NCBI GenBank assembly: GCA_963833575.1
Contig: CAWHXY010000001.1
Coordinates: 5,869 to 69,868, forward strand
Source of the DNA: Candidatus Bathyarchaeota archaeon
GTDB taxonomy: Archaea; Thermoproteota; Bathyarchaeia; Bathyarchaeales; Bathycorpusculaceae
Direction: 5' to 3'
DNA length: 64,000 nt
Positions 7,408 through 17,364 of this stretch are shown here, piece after piece. Position numbers and translations under genes: made by a program. Under the pieces are notes generated by a model. It was not told the origin of the DNA. It did not search any database and saw nothing but the letters and a program-made list of their open reading frames with translations. Every line of letters begins with the position of its first letter. Position 1 is the stretch's first letter.

Positions 7408-10014
7408 ATGAAAACTGTAAAACAAAAAACAGAAGCTATTGCAATTGCTATATTTTTAATGTTTTCAATGACAGCTTCAATGATATTACTACCAAATGTT
7501 AGTGCACATACTCCGCCAATCCAGGTTCCTACATACGCGTTCATTAATGTTGCGCCCGAACCTATCGGAGTCGGCCAGCAAGCTACTGTTGCTTTCTGGC
7601 TTGACAAAGTCCCAATTGGAGCAGAAGGACTCTACGGCGACAGATGGCACGGGTTTACAGTAACAGTTACTAAGCCTGACGGAACCACTGAGGTGCTAGG
7701 ACCTTTTAATTCGGATGTTAACGGCGGCGCTTCAACAAGATATACACCTAACCAAGTTGGCACTTACACATTCTTGTTCAAATACCCTGGGCAAGTAGCA
7801 CAAAATGCAAATCCATATCCCTATACTCCTGGGTTTGTTCCACTAGGACTTGACTATGTAAATGACACTTTTCTGGCAAGTAGTGCAACCACGACACTAA
7901 CAGTGCAGCAACAGCCAGTAATAACGGCTTATGGACAAGCTCCGCTTCCAACAGCATACTGGACTCGCCCCATAAATTCAATGAATAGAGAATGGTCTGT
8001 AATTGCCGGCAACTGGATTGGGCTTGGAGTGACAACATTTGGCGCAACTGGGCTCCTGGCAAATACAGGCAACTATGACCCATATACTACAGCTCCCAAC
8101 AGTGCTCACATAATGTGGACTCAACCATTGGCTTTCGGGGGTCAGATCGGAGGCGAATTCGGTAGCAGTGAAACTGGTCTTTACTCAACCGGGACAGCAT
8201 ACGAAACCAAGTTCGGAGCAGTTATACTTAACGGGATTCTTTACTACACAGAATATCCTGGCGCTGGAAACAACCCGACAGGCTTGAAAGCTGTCGACAT
8301 AAGAACCGGAAATACAGTATGGGAAAAACCCATCACTACCCCACTGAGATGCGGCATGATATTGAACTTCATAACAGGAGATCAATACGGCGGACACGCT
8401 TACTTGTTCTGTGCCCCTGCAGCGATCGGATTCATTCCTTATCCACCTGGAAGCAATTGGGAAATGTATGATGCAATGACAGGCGCTTGGATACTCGACA
8501 TCAATAATACAAATGCTGGTACACTTGTAGAAGGTCCAAATGGCGAAATACTAAGCTACACTGTTGCAAATGGCATGCTAACTATGTGGAATTCAACTAA
8601 ATGTATCTCAGCTGGATCAACAAAGAATCTATTTTATACGGTTTATAGCTCTTCGGAAATTTGGCGGCCTCCACAAGGAGCAACTATTGATTGGAGTGCA
8701 GGATACCAGTGGAGTGCGCCACTGGCCACAAGCATTAGCGGCGTACCCATAATTCCAGGCTTAGCCATTTCCAAAGTTGATAGCGGCGTAGTTCTTACGA
8801 CAGCAGTGCCGGGAGGTATATTTACTGGACCACCAGGTGGATCCCAATTAGGTTATGAAATTGATGCAGGCTATAGTGCGACCACAGGTCAGCTGCTTTG
8901 GGGTCCGGTTAATCGGACTTTAACGCCATTCACAACTGTTGCTTTGCAGGCTGGTGATGGAAAATATGCTGTTTACACGCAACAACTTGAGTCTTGGACT
9001 GGTTATGATATTACAACTGGGCAGAAACTTTGGACAACTCCCGCTGAAAACAGTTCTTGGGGCTATTATGATTTCTCAGGCGATGGTGCTTTTGGCTATG
9101 GCAGCTTTTACACGTGGGGCTTAGGTGGAACAATATATGCCTATAATTCGACAACTGGAGCGCTAGAGTGGACTTGGAATACTGGAAACTCCGGAGTAGA
9201 TACTCCATATGGCTCATGGCCTTTGGGAACATGGGCGACGCACTACATTCTTGCAGACAACAAATTTTATGTTAGGGCTGGTCATGACTACACTCCGCCA
9301 GTGTTCAAAGGGGCACAGCTTTACTGCATTAACGCTACGGATGGAAAAGAAATCTGGGATTCATTAAGTTTTGACATAGAAGGCTCACCAGCTATAGCTG
9401 ATGGCTATATGGTTTGGTTTAACGGCTATGACAATCAAATATACTCTTATGGCAAAGGCCCCAGTGCTCTAACTGTCACTGCACCACAGGCTGGCGTAGA
9501 AGTTGGCAAATCAATAGATATTAGCGGTACGGTCTTGGATATCTCGGCAGGTACGCAGCAAGATGCAGTGAAAGCTAACTATCCGAACGGTGTTCCAGCG
9601 ATTTCAGACGCAAGCCAAAGTGCATGGATGAACTACTTATACGAACAGCAGCCAATGCCGACTAATGCAACAGGAGTTCCTGTATCAATCGATGTCATAG
9701 ATTCTAACGGCAACTACCGAAACATAGGTACAACAATCTCTGACATGAGCGGTACTTTCAGATTTAGCTGGAAACCTGATATTGCAGGCAACTACACTGT
9801 GATCGCTACTTTCCACGGTTCTGATTCATATTATCCATCATATGCGGAATCTGGGTTTGTCGCTGATTCAGCACCAACAACAACCACTGCTGTTCCTACA
9901 TCCGCACCCGCCTCTGTTGTTGATACTTACTTTGCTCCTGCCGTCGTTGGCATAATATTGACTATCGTCATAGTTGGCGCTGCAATAATACTCCTACAAA
10001 GAAAACGACCATAA
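7408..10014 (+). CDS. Secreted, C-terminally anchored PQQ-like beta-propeller repeat surface protein (paralog 1)
   Basis: Signal peptide ending VSA-H, repeated G..LW / G..IW propeller motifs, SPAIADG, C-terminal hydrophobic helix plus RKRP; paralogous to 38224 and 41102 ORFs. Confidence 0.85.
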   Translation: MKTVKQKTEAIAIAIFLMFSMTASMILLPNVSAHTPPIQVPTYAFINVAPEPIGVGQQATVAFWLDKVPIGAEGLYGDRWHGFTVTVTKPDGTTEVLGPFNSDVNGGASTRYTPNQVGTYTFLFKYPGQVAQNANPYPYTPGFVPLGLDYVNDTFLASSATTTLTVQQQPVITAYGQAPLPTAYWTRPINSMNREWSVIAGNWIGLGVTTFGATGLLANTGNYDPYTTAPNSAHIMWTQPLAFGGQIGGEFGSSETGLYSTGTAYETKFGAVILNGILYYTEYPGAGNNPTGLKAVDIRTGNTVWEKPITTPLRCGMILNFITGDQYGGHAYLFCAPAAIGFIPYPPGSNWEMYDAMTGAWILDINNTNAGTLVEGPNGEILSYTVANGMLTMWNSTKCISAGSTKNLFYTVYSSSEIWRPPQGATIDWSAGYQWSAPLATSISGVPIIPGLAISKVDSGVVLTTAVPGGIFTGPPGGSQLGYEIDAGYSATTGQLLWGPVNRTLTPFTTVALQAGDGKYAVYTQQLESWTGYDITTGQKLWTTPAENSSWGYYDFSGDGAFGYGSFYTWGLGGTIYAYNSTTGALEWTWNTGNSGVDTPYGSWPLGTWATHYILADNKFYVRAGHDYTPPVFKGAQLYCINATDGKEIWDSLSFDIEGSPAIADGYMVWFNGYDNQIYSYGKGPSALTVTAPQAGVEVGKSIDISGTVLDISAGTQQDAVKANYPNGVPAISDASQSAWMNYLYEQQPMPTNATGVPVSIDVIDSNGNYRNIGTTISDMSGTFRFSWKPDIAGNYTVIATFHGSDSYYPSYAESGFVADSAPTTTTAVPTSAPASVVDTYFAPAVVGIILTIVIVGAAIILLQRKRP

Positions 10015-10027
10015 ATGAATCAAGAAG

Positions 10028-10053
10028 AAACAAATTTCCTTTTCTTTTTTTTG
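10028..10053 (+). terminator. Oligo-T terminator-like element shared by the three beta-propeller genes
   Basis: aaacaaatttccttttcttttttttg; matching elements at 40864-40890 and 43775-43811. Confidence 0.6.
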
Positions 10054-10330
10054 TTCAAATATTAAGTAAAATATGGGGCTGAGTGGGCTCTGGTTAGATT
10101 TCACGAGATAGCTATGGTATTTGGAAAATAGCGCATTTGCATTTGCACTGTTTTTCTCCTTATGTTTTCCAGAGCCTCAGCAAACCCTATTTTTTACTTG
10201 AATAAATATTTGATACTGAAACTTGAAAACGCAAGGTTAGGCTTGCAGGGTGTTTCTGTTTTAAATATACAAACTTAAGGTACGTTACAGTTAAATATTA
10301 TTCTAAACCATTGAAATATGGGTATCGCGT

Positions 10331-10777
10331 TTGCCTATAACTCAAGTAAGTGTATTTCTAGATAATCATCCGGGCTCGCTTTTTGATGTTATGTCGAAGC
10401 TTGACGAAAATAAATTGAAAGTTTTTGCGCTGTCAATTGCTGATGCAGGCGAGTTTGGTTTAGTGCGGTTAATAACTGAAGAGCCCCACATAGCCTCCAA
10501 ATTCTTAGAAGATGCAGACTTTAACCTAGCAAAGTCTAAGAAAAACACTGAGGTCACGGCAATTTTCATTTCTGCTCAAGAAACGCTATCAAAAATTACT
10601 AAAATTTTAGGTGACGGAGGCATTAACATAGAATATGCATATTCATCAGCTATCCACGTTGACGGCAAAGTCGCATTAATATTGCGTCCAAGTAATGTTG
10701 AGAAAGCAGAGCAAATGTTAACTGCCAATGGCGTTGCAGTTCTTTCGCTTGAGGAAATCAAAAAATATTTCCAGTAA
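10331..10777 (+). CDS. Tandem ACT-domain protein (type usually linked to paaK/ior)
   Basis: QVSVFLDNHPGSL, ALSIADAGEFGLVRLI, INIEYAYS; TTG start. Confidence 0.88.
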   Translation: MPITQVSVFLDNHPGSLFDVMSKLDENKLKVFALSIADAGEFGLVRLITEEPHIASKFLEDADFNLAKSKKNTEVTAIFISAQETLSKITKILGDGGINIEYAYSSAIHVDGKVALILRPSNVEKAEQMLTANGVAVLSLEEIKKYFQ

Positions 10778-10922
10778 GCAAACTTTCATCGCTATTTTCA
10801 AGACTCAAGAATACATATATTAACGGCATTTGTGAAGTTGTGCTCCATAAAACAATTAAAAGGGATGGTAAACTTAATTTACGTCCATTATATTGGAGCA
10901 ATAACCAAAGGTTAGATCGAAA

Positions 10923-13769
10923 ATGGGAACATTAAATCTTGACAAGATTTTCGACCCTCAAAGCGTAGCTATAGTCGGAGCCAGCGACGCGGAAGGATCA
11001 GTTGGGTACGCAATTGTTAAAAATTTTACCCAAATGGGTTACACCGGCAAAGTTTACTTTGTAAACATCCGAAAGCCTGAGATTTTGGGAGTTAAAACTT
11101 ACAAATCAGTTGACGAAATTCCAGAGCCCGTTGATTTAGTCATGATCGCCACGCCTGCAAAAACCGTTCCTGACGTTATGGAGGAATGTGGACGAGCAAA
11201 AGTTAAAGGTGTTATCATCGTATCTGCAGGTTTCAAAGAAACTGGTCCTGCAGGAAAAGCTTTGGAAGACAAAATCCTTGAAAGCGCCAAAAAATATGGA
11301 ATCCGAGTTATTGGTCCAAACTGCATCGGCATGATCCGACCCAGAGTAAACCTTAATGCCACTTTTTTAGACAAAATGCCTAAACCAGGCAATGTTGCTT
11401 TTCTATCTCAAAGCGGCGCTTTAGGCTCTGCAATTCTTGACTGGGCAATCCACGAAAACATCGGCTTTAGCAATTTTGTCTCAGTCGGCTCTATGATTGA
11501 CGTAGACTTTGGTGATCTGATTGATTATTTTGGTTCTGATCCAAAAACTAAAAGCATATTGATGTATGTTGAAGGCATAACTCAAGCACGCAAATTTATG
11601 AGTGCAGCAAGGCATTTTGCAAGAACCAAACCAATAATCGTAGTTAAATCAGGAAAATTCGCAGAAAGCGCAAAAGCAGCAGCTTCTCACACAGGTTCGC
11701 TTTCAGGCGAAGATGACATTTACGACGCAGCCTTCAAACGCGCCGGAATCGTTCGAGTCAACGAAATCGCTGATCTGTTTAATTCAGCTGAAGTTTTAGG
11801 AACACAGCCCCTACCTAAGGGTCCTAGGCTTGCCATAATAACTAATGCAGGTGGACCTGGAGTAATGGCAACTGACGCTTTGATCGGTCAAAACGGTAAA
11901 TTGGCTAAGTTAAGCCAAAAATCACTTGATGCACTTAACGCTGTCCTGCCTCCTTTCTGGAGTCACGGAAACCCAATTGATGTCTTAGGTGATGCAAAAT
12001 CTGAACGCTACAAAACTGCGTTAGACGTTTGCCTCAACGACGAAAACATCGATGGGATTCTAATTATTTTTACTCAACAAGCAGTTTCAGAATCGGTTGA
12101 AATAGCCAAAAACATTGTTGAACTTGTACGCAACAAATCTTACCAAAACAAAACAATCCTGACCTCGTTTATGGGATATGGCGCAGTGTTAGAAGCAAAC
12201 AGCATTCTGAACGCAAATAACATTCCAACCTATTCAACTCCTGAACAAGCAATCAAGACATACATGTACATGTATGAATACCAACGCAACATCGATCTTC
12301 TATACGAAACCCCTGAAGAGTTGCCAGTTGACGCTTCACCACCCAAACGCCCAATCATGGTAATATTAAGAAACGCAGCGTTCGAGGGTCGAGAAGTCTT
12401 AACTGAAGATGAAGCTAAAAAAATACTCAAATATTATAATTTCCCAATAGTAAGGACTGCAGCTGCAAACAACGTGGAAGAAGCAGTTACATTTGCCCAA
12501 GAAATGGGCTTCCCAGTCGTACTAAAAATTCTGTCACCCCAAATCGTCCATAAAACTGACGCAGGCGGAGTAATCCTAAACATTAACTCACCAAACGAAG
12601 TCCGCGAAGCCTTCGAGGTTCTAATACAAAGGGCCACAGCGTACAATCCAACCGCCCAAATAATCGGCGTCACGGTTCAACCCATGATCGAAAAGAAAGG
12701 GCAAGAAATAATTATCGGTGGAAAAACCGACCCAGTTTTCGGACCCGTAATACTGTTCGGTATGGGCGGCGTAGGAGTAGAACTCTTCAAAGATTATTCA
12801 ATTGGTCTTCCGCCATTGAATACAACACTTATTCATCGGATGATGGAAGAAACTAAAATTTACCGCTTACTCAAAGGGTACAGAGGTTCACCTGCAGTTG
12901 ACCTTAAAAAACTCGACGAAACTCTGCTGCTTTTCTCTCAATTACTTGTTGATTTCCCGCAAATAAAAGAAATTGATATTAACCCAATGTTAATCAGCGA
13001 AAAAGAAGCATGCATACTTGATGCTCGCATTGTAATTGACAAAGATGCGGTTTGCCATAAATTTGATCCACACGAGCACATGGTCATTAGCCCTTATCCA
13101 AAAAAAGACGAAATTCTGTGGCAACTGAAAAACGGTCAAGAAGTCATGCTTCGCCCCATAAAACCAGAAGATGAACCTATGTGGCTGGAAATGTTCCAAA
13201 GCTTCTCCGAAGAATCCATACGATACCGGTTCTTCCAAATGCTCAAAGATACCCCGCATGAAGTCCGTGTCCGCTACTGCAACGTCGATTATGACCGAGA
13301 AGTCGCCATTGTTTCCGAAATGGATGAAAATGGTAAAAGGAAAATACTTGGTGTAGCTCGCGTTAGCCTCGAATCTGATGGAAGAAGCAGTGAAATGGCC
13401 TTCATTGTAAGCGACTACTGGCAGGGTTTAGGTTTAGGCACTAAAATGGTTGATTACGTGCTTGATCTCGCAAAAGAAAAAGGCGTTGAAAACGTCTACG
13501 CAATTATGCTACCTGACAACTACAGAGCTTTGAGCCTGACAAAGAAAATGGGTTTCACAATTGAATACTTAAGCGATGGCACTGTCAAAGCATCACTTAA
13601 CCTGAAAAACGAAGACGTTGATTCAAGATGTCCAGTTATAAGCCCGGTCATTGGTCCAGTTATAACGTTGCCTGAACCTCCACGTGAGCAACCTGAGCAG
13701 ATAATTACAGCGGTACGAGAAGAAAAGAAAAAGGAATCTAAAGCACAGCGAGAGCTAACACCGGCGTAA
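10923..13769 (+). CDS. Acetate-CoA ligase (ADP-forming) alpha+beta fusion with C-terminal GNAT domain
   Basis: CoA-binding SVAIVGAS, IGPNCIG, SQSGA, ASHTGSL (phospho-His), ATP-grasp HKTDAGGV, EIDINP, then GNAT with WQGLGLGT. Confidence 0.92.
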   Translation: MGTLNLDKIFDPQSVAIVGASDAEGSVGYAIVKNFTQMGYTGKVYFVNIRKPEILGVKTYKSVDEIPEPVDLVMIATPAKTVPDVMEECGRAKVKGVIIVSAGFKETGPAGKALEDKILESAKKYGIRVIGPNCIGMIRPRVNLNATFLDKMPKPGNVAFLSQSGALGSAILDWAIHENIGFSNFVSVGSMIDVDFGDLIDYFGSDPKTKSILMYVEGITQARKFMSAARHFARTKPIIVVKSGKFAESAKAAASHTGSLSGEDDIYDAAFKRAGIVRVNEIADLFNSAEVLGTQPLPKGPRLAIITNAGGPGVMATDALIGQNGKLAKLSQKSLDALNAVLPPFWSHGNPIDVLGDAKSERYKTALDVCLNDENIDGILIIFTQQAVSESVEIAKNIVELVRNKSYQNKTILTSFMGYGAVLEANSILNANNIPTYSTPEQAIKTYMYMYEYQRNIDLLYETPEELPVDASPPKRPIMVILRNAAFEGREVLTEDEAKKILKYYNFPIVRTAAANNVEEAVTFAQEMGFPVVLKILSPQIVHKTDAGGVILNINSPNEVREAFEVLIQRATAYNPTAQIIGVTVQPMIEKKGQEIIIGGKTDPVFGPVILFGMGGVGVELFKDYSIGLPPLNTTLIHRMMEETKIYRLLKGYRGSPAVDLKKLDETLLLFSQLLVDFPQIKEIDINPMLISEKEACILDARIVIDKDAVCHKFDPHEHMVISPYPKKDEILWQLKNGQEVMLRPIKPEDEPMWLEMFQSFSEESIRYRFFQMLKDTPHEVRVRYCNVDYDREVAIVSEMDENGKRKILGVARVSLESDGRSSEMAFIVSDYWQGLGLGTKMVDYVLDLAKEKGVENVYAIMLPDNYRALSLTKKMGFTIEYLSDGTVKASLNLKNEDVDSRCPVISPVIGPVITLPEPPREQPEQIITAVREEKKKESKAQRELTPA

Positions 13770-13996
13770 CTAACTAAAGATCAGTCTTTTTTTCATTTTT
13801 ATTTAAGATTATTAGAAAGAAAACAGCGATCAATGTCATTTAAGCACAAACCTTCATAGATCGTCAATAATTAAGGTTTTTTTCTTAGATTTTTCCTGTA
13901 AAACTCCAGTTTTTGCCCCCTATTATATTTTTATACTAAAACTTTCTGTAGTAAGTTGAGATTGATTCTCATAAGACTCAAAGGAAGATCAACCGT

Positions 13997-14488
13997 TTGA
14001 CTGAGAAAGATAAAAGACGTTTGTTGCTTGAAAAAGTTATGAAAGAACATAATTATCAAGAAAGCGCTCTTCTTGAAATATTGCATCAAGCCCAAGAAAT
14101 CTATGGGTATCTAGATAGGGATCTGCTTATGGATATTTCCGGCTCTCTAAATCTTCCTCCTAGTCATGTATACGGCGTAACCACTTTCTACAGCTTCTTC
14201 AAACTCAAAAAACCAGGCCAACACATAGTGACAGGCTGCTTAGGAACTGCCTGCTACGTGAAAGATGTTGAACAAATCATAGAAGCAATCGAGGACAAAT
14301 TCGACCTTAAACGTGGCGGATCCACCGCAGATGGGAAGCTTTCTTTACTTATTACACGCTGCATAGGAGCCTGCGCTATGGCACCTAATATTGTCGTTGA
14401 TGGCGAAGTGATAGGCAAAGCCACAAAAGAAATAGTTATAGAAAAAATAGAAAACGTTCTTGGAGGAGTCAAAACTGAAACTCAGTGA
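13997..14488 (+). CDS. hoxE: Bidirectional NAD-linked hydrogenase diaphorase subunit HoxE (NuoE-like, [2Fe-2S])
   Basis: VYGVTTFYSFF, CLGTACYVK, RCIGACAMAP. Confidence 0.85.
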   Translation: MTEKDKRRLLLEKVMKEHNYQESALLEILHQAQEIYGYLDRDLLMDISGSLNLPPSHVYGVTTFYSFFKLKKPGQHIVTGCLGTACYVKDVEQIIEAIEDKFDLKRGGSTADGKLSLLITRCIGACAMAPNIVVDGEVIGKATKEIVIEKIENVLGGVKTETQ

Positions 14489-16127
14489 TCTTCAAAAAAT
14501 AACAGAGCAAGAACTTGATTTCCAAAGAGGTTACAAATACCGAATTAACGTATGTTGCTCAAGCGGCTGCGTTCCTTTCGGTGCCTTCAAAGTTCTTAAA
14601 GCATTCGAGGATGCAGTTAAAGAATTTGGTCTAGAAAATGAATGCAAAGTTGCACGTACAGGCTGTGTAGGCACCTGTTCGGTTGCTCCAGTAGTGCTAA
14701 TAGAACCTGGCGATTACCTCTACCAGAGTGTTACTCCTGAAAGCGCGCGAGAAATAGTCCGCGATCACATAGTTTTAGGATTACCCGCAAAAGATATGCT
14801 CTATAAGAACCAAGCATACTTCCAAAAACAGCATCGGCTTGTCCTACGGAACGCAGGAAAAATTGATCCTTCAAGAATTCAAGATTATATTTCTGCAGGT
14901 GGCTACTCGGCTTTAGCCAAATGCCTTGCAACCATGACACAGCAGGGAGTAATTTATGAGGTTATGGTAAGTGGGCTTAGAGGTCGCGGAGGCGCAGGTT
15001 TCCCGACAGGCCAAAAATGGACGCTGGTCTCAAGAGCGCACAGCGCTCCAAAATATATAGTTGCCAATTTAGATGAAGGAGATCCAGGCGTTTTCGCCAA
15101 CAGAACTCTGGCAGAAGCTGATCCACACGCCATCATTGAAGGCATGCTTATCGCGGCTTATGCCGTCGGTTCAGAGAAAGGTTACATTTACATTAGATCT
15201 GAGTATCCATTAGCTATTCAAACGTTACAGAAGGCTATTTCCCAAGCTAAAGCAATGACATTTCTTGGCGATAACATTTTAGAGACCCCCTTCAAGTTTG
15301 ATCTTGAACTACGATTCGGGGCAGGCGCATTTGTAGCTGGAGAAGAAACAGCTATTCTTGCCTCTGTCGAAGGTCGTAGAGCCATGCCTCGTCCGCGCCC
15401 TCCATACCCAGCAAACTCTGGATTATGGCAGAAGCCAACGCTTATACAAAACGTTGAAACCTTAGCAAACATACCGCTCATCATACAAAACGGTGGCTTA
15501 TGGTTCTCAAAAATAGGCACACCAAAATGTAGCGGAACCAAATGTTTCTCTTTAACAGGCAAAGTAAACAATCCGGGCTTAATTGAAGTTCCAATGGGAA
15601 TTACACTCAAAGAAGTAGTGTTTGAAATCGGCGGCGGAGTTCCAGAGGGAAGAAAATTCAAGTCAGTTCTAGTCGGGGGACCCTCAGGCGGTTGTCTACC
15701 TGAAACTTTTCTTGAAATTCCAATAGACTATGACTCATTAACAAAAGTCGGAGCAATAATGGGGTCAGGCGGAATTGTAGTGCTCGACGACGAATCATGT
15801 ATGGTTGACACAGCGAGATTCTTCACTGAGTTCTGTAATGATGAATCATGCGGCAAATGCACTCCCTGCAGAGCAGGATTAGCCCGAGTTAAAGAAATTT
15901 ACGATCAAATTACAAGCGGCAACGGAAAAATGGAAGACATTACTACTTTGGAGAAATCTGGAGTTTTCATAAGAGACGCAAGCCTTTGTGGTCTTGGACA
16001 AACAGCTCCAAACCCAGTAATAACCACTCTTCGATACTTCAAAGATGAATACATAAAACACATCGTCGATAAAAAATGTGAAGCAGGAAAGTGCTTCAAC
16101 AAAAAGAGGGAGGAAGAACGAAGTTGA
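14460..16127 (+). CDS. hoxF: Diaphorase subunit HoxF (NuoF-like, FMN/NADH)
   Basis: N-terminal [2Fe-2S] thioredoxin-like domain (CCSSGC, GCVGTC), SGLRGRGGAGFPTG, DEGDPG, GAGAFVAGEETA, ESCGKCTPCR, SLCGLGQ. Confidence 0.9.
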   Translation: MEESKLKLSDLQKITEQELDFQRGYKYRINVCCSSGCVPFGAFKVLKAFEDAVKEFGLENECKVARTGCVGTCSVAPVVLIEPGDYLYQSVTPESAREIVRDHIVLGLPAKDMLYKNQAYFQKQHRLVLRNAGKIDPSRIQDYISAGGYSALAKCLATMTQQGVIYEVMVSGLRGRGGAGFPTGQKWTLVSRAHSAPKYIVANLDEGDPGVFANRTLAEADPHAIIEGMLIAAYAVGSEKGYIYIRSEYPLAIQTLQKAISQAKAMTFLGDNILETPFKFDLELRFGAGAFVAGEETAILASVEGRRAMPRPRPPYPANSGLWQKPTLIQNVETLANIPLIIQNGGLWFSKIGTPKCSGTKCFSLTGKVNNPGLIEVPMGITLKEVVFEIGGGVPEGRKFKSVLVGGPSGGCLPETFLEIPIDYDSLTKVGAIMGSGGIVVLDDESCMVDTARFFTEFCNDESCGKCTPCRAGLARVKEIYDQITSGNGKMEDITTLEKSGVFIRDASLCGLGQTAPNPVITTLRYFKDEYIKHIVDKKCEAGKCFNKKREEERS

Positions 16128-16831
16128 GCTTATCAACTGTTAAGCTTACCATTGATGGCGTTGAAATAACCGTTCCTGAAGGCACAACTATTCTGGAAGC
16201 TGCCAAGGACAACGGCATAATAATACCTACATTATGTAATCTTGAAGGCTTAACTGCTTATGGGGGCTGTCGCCTTTGTCTCGTGGAAGTTAGCGGTTCA
16301 CCAAAACTTTTCCCCGCTTGCACTACACCCGTAGGTCCAAATATAGAAGTTACAACCAATTCAGACAGACTTAAAGACTATCGTAAAATGGTTGTCCAGA
16401 TGCTTCTTGCCGAGCGAACTCACATATGCTCAGTTTGTGTAGCCAACGACCATTGCGAACTCCAAGCTATGGCAAACCAACTCGGAGTGGACCATGTCAT
16501 GTTCGAGCGAAACTGGAGCAGGGACCCAATTGATTCCACTCATGACTTCTTAGTAATTGACCGCAACCGATGTATTTTGTGTACTCGATGCATACGTGTC
16601 TGCGACCAAATTGAAGGGGTTCATACACTGGACCTCAAACTAAGGGGAAAAGATACTCAAGTGATAATGGATCTTGATGAGAACTGGGCTAATTCTTGTT
16701 CTTGCACTTCATGCCGCAAATGCGCTAAAGTTTGCCCTGTAGGCGCAATATATATTGAGGGAGAGCAAATCGCACAAACAAAACGTAAAGATATAGCTGA
16801 GTTTATCTTGACAAGGAGGAACCGCAAATGA
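16124..16831 (+). CDS. hoxU: Diaphorase subunit HoxU
   Basis: IPTLC...GGCRLC...ACT, H.CSVCVANDHCELQ, CILCTRC, CTSCRKCAKVCPVGA. Start set at TTG 16124 (TTGA overlap with hoxF stop). Confidence 0.9.
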   Translation: MSLSTVKLTIDGVEITVPEGTTILEAAKDNGIIIPTLCNLEGLTAYGGCRLCLVEVSGSPKLFPACTTPVGPNIEVTTNSDRLKDYRKMVVQMLLAERTHICSVCVANDHCELQAMANQLGVDHVMFERNWSRDPIDSTHDFLVIDRNRCILCTRCIRVCDQIEGVHTLDLKLRGKDTQVIMDLDENWANSCSCTSCRKCAKVCPVGAIYIEGEQIAQTKRKDIAEFILTRRNRK

Positions 16832-17364
16832 CAGAAAAAGTTAGAGTCGCCACAATTTGGCTTAGCGGCTGCTCAGGTTGCCACATGTCATTTCTAGATC
16901 AAGATGAACGTCTTGTTGATTTATCGCAGAAAATTCAGTTGGTTTATAGCCCAATCATGGACATTAAAAAGTTCCCAGAAAACGTCGATGTAACCTTAGT
17001 CGAGGGTGCCGTAGCCAACGAGGAACAGCTAACTACGCTTAAAAATGCAAGAACAAATACGAAAATCTTGATTTCGCTTGGTGACTGCGCTGTAACAGGA
17101 AACGTCACCGCACTGCGCAATGCTTGGCCTCATAGTGACAAAGAAATCTTAAATAGAGCTTACCTAGACGAATCTGACTTAAACCCTCAGCTACCAGACC
17201 AAATGCCTAAACTGCTGCTAAAAGCTCACCCGCTTCACGAAGCAGTTAACGTTGACTTTTTCATTCCCGGTTGTCCACCCCACGCCGATCTGATTAACTA
17301 TGTGTTAACTGAGTTATTGGCCGGCAGAACGCCAAAGATGGAAGGTAGATCAAAATATGGTTAA
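16828..17364 (+). CDS. hoxY: [NiFe] hydrogenase small subunit HoxY
   Basis: WLSGCSGCHMSFLD, EGAV, GDCAVTGNV, IPGCPP; short, proximal cluster only. Confidence 0.9.
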   Translation: MTEKVRVATIWLSGCSGCHMSFLDQDERLVDLSQKIQLVYSPIMDIKKFPENVDVTLVEGAVANEEQLTTLKNARTNTKILISLGDCAVTGNVTALRNAWPHSDKEILNRAYLDESDLNPQLPDQMPKLLLKAHPLHEAVNVDFFIPGCPPHADLINYVLTELLAGRTPKMEGRSKYG

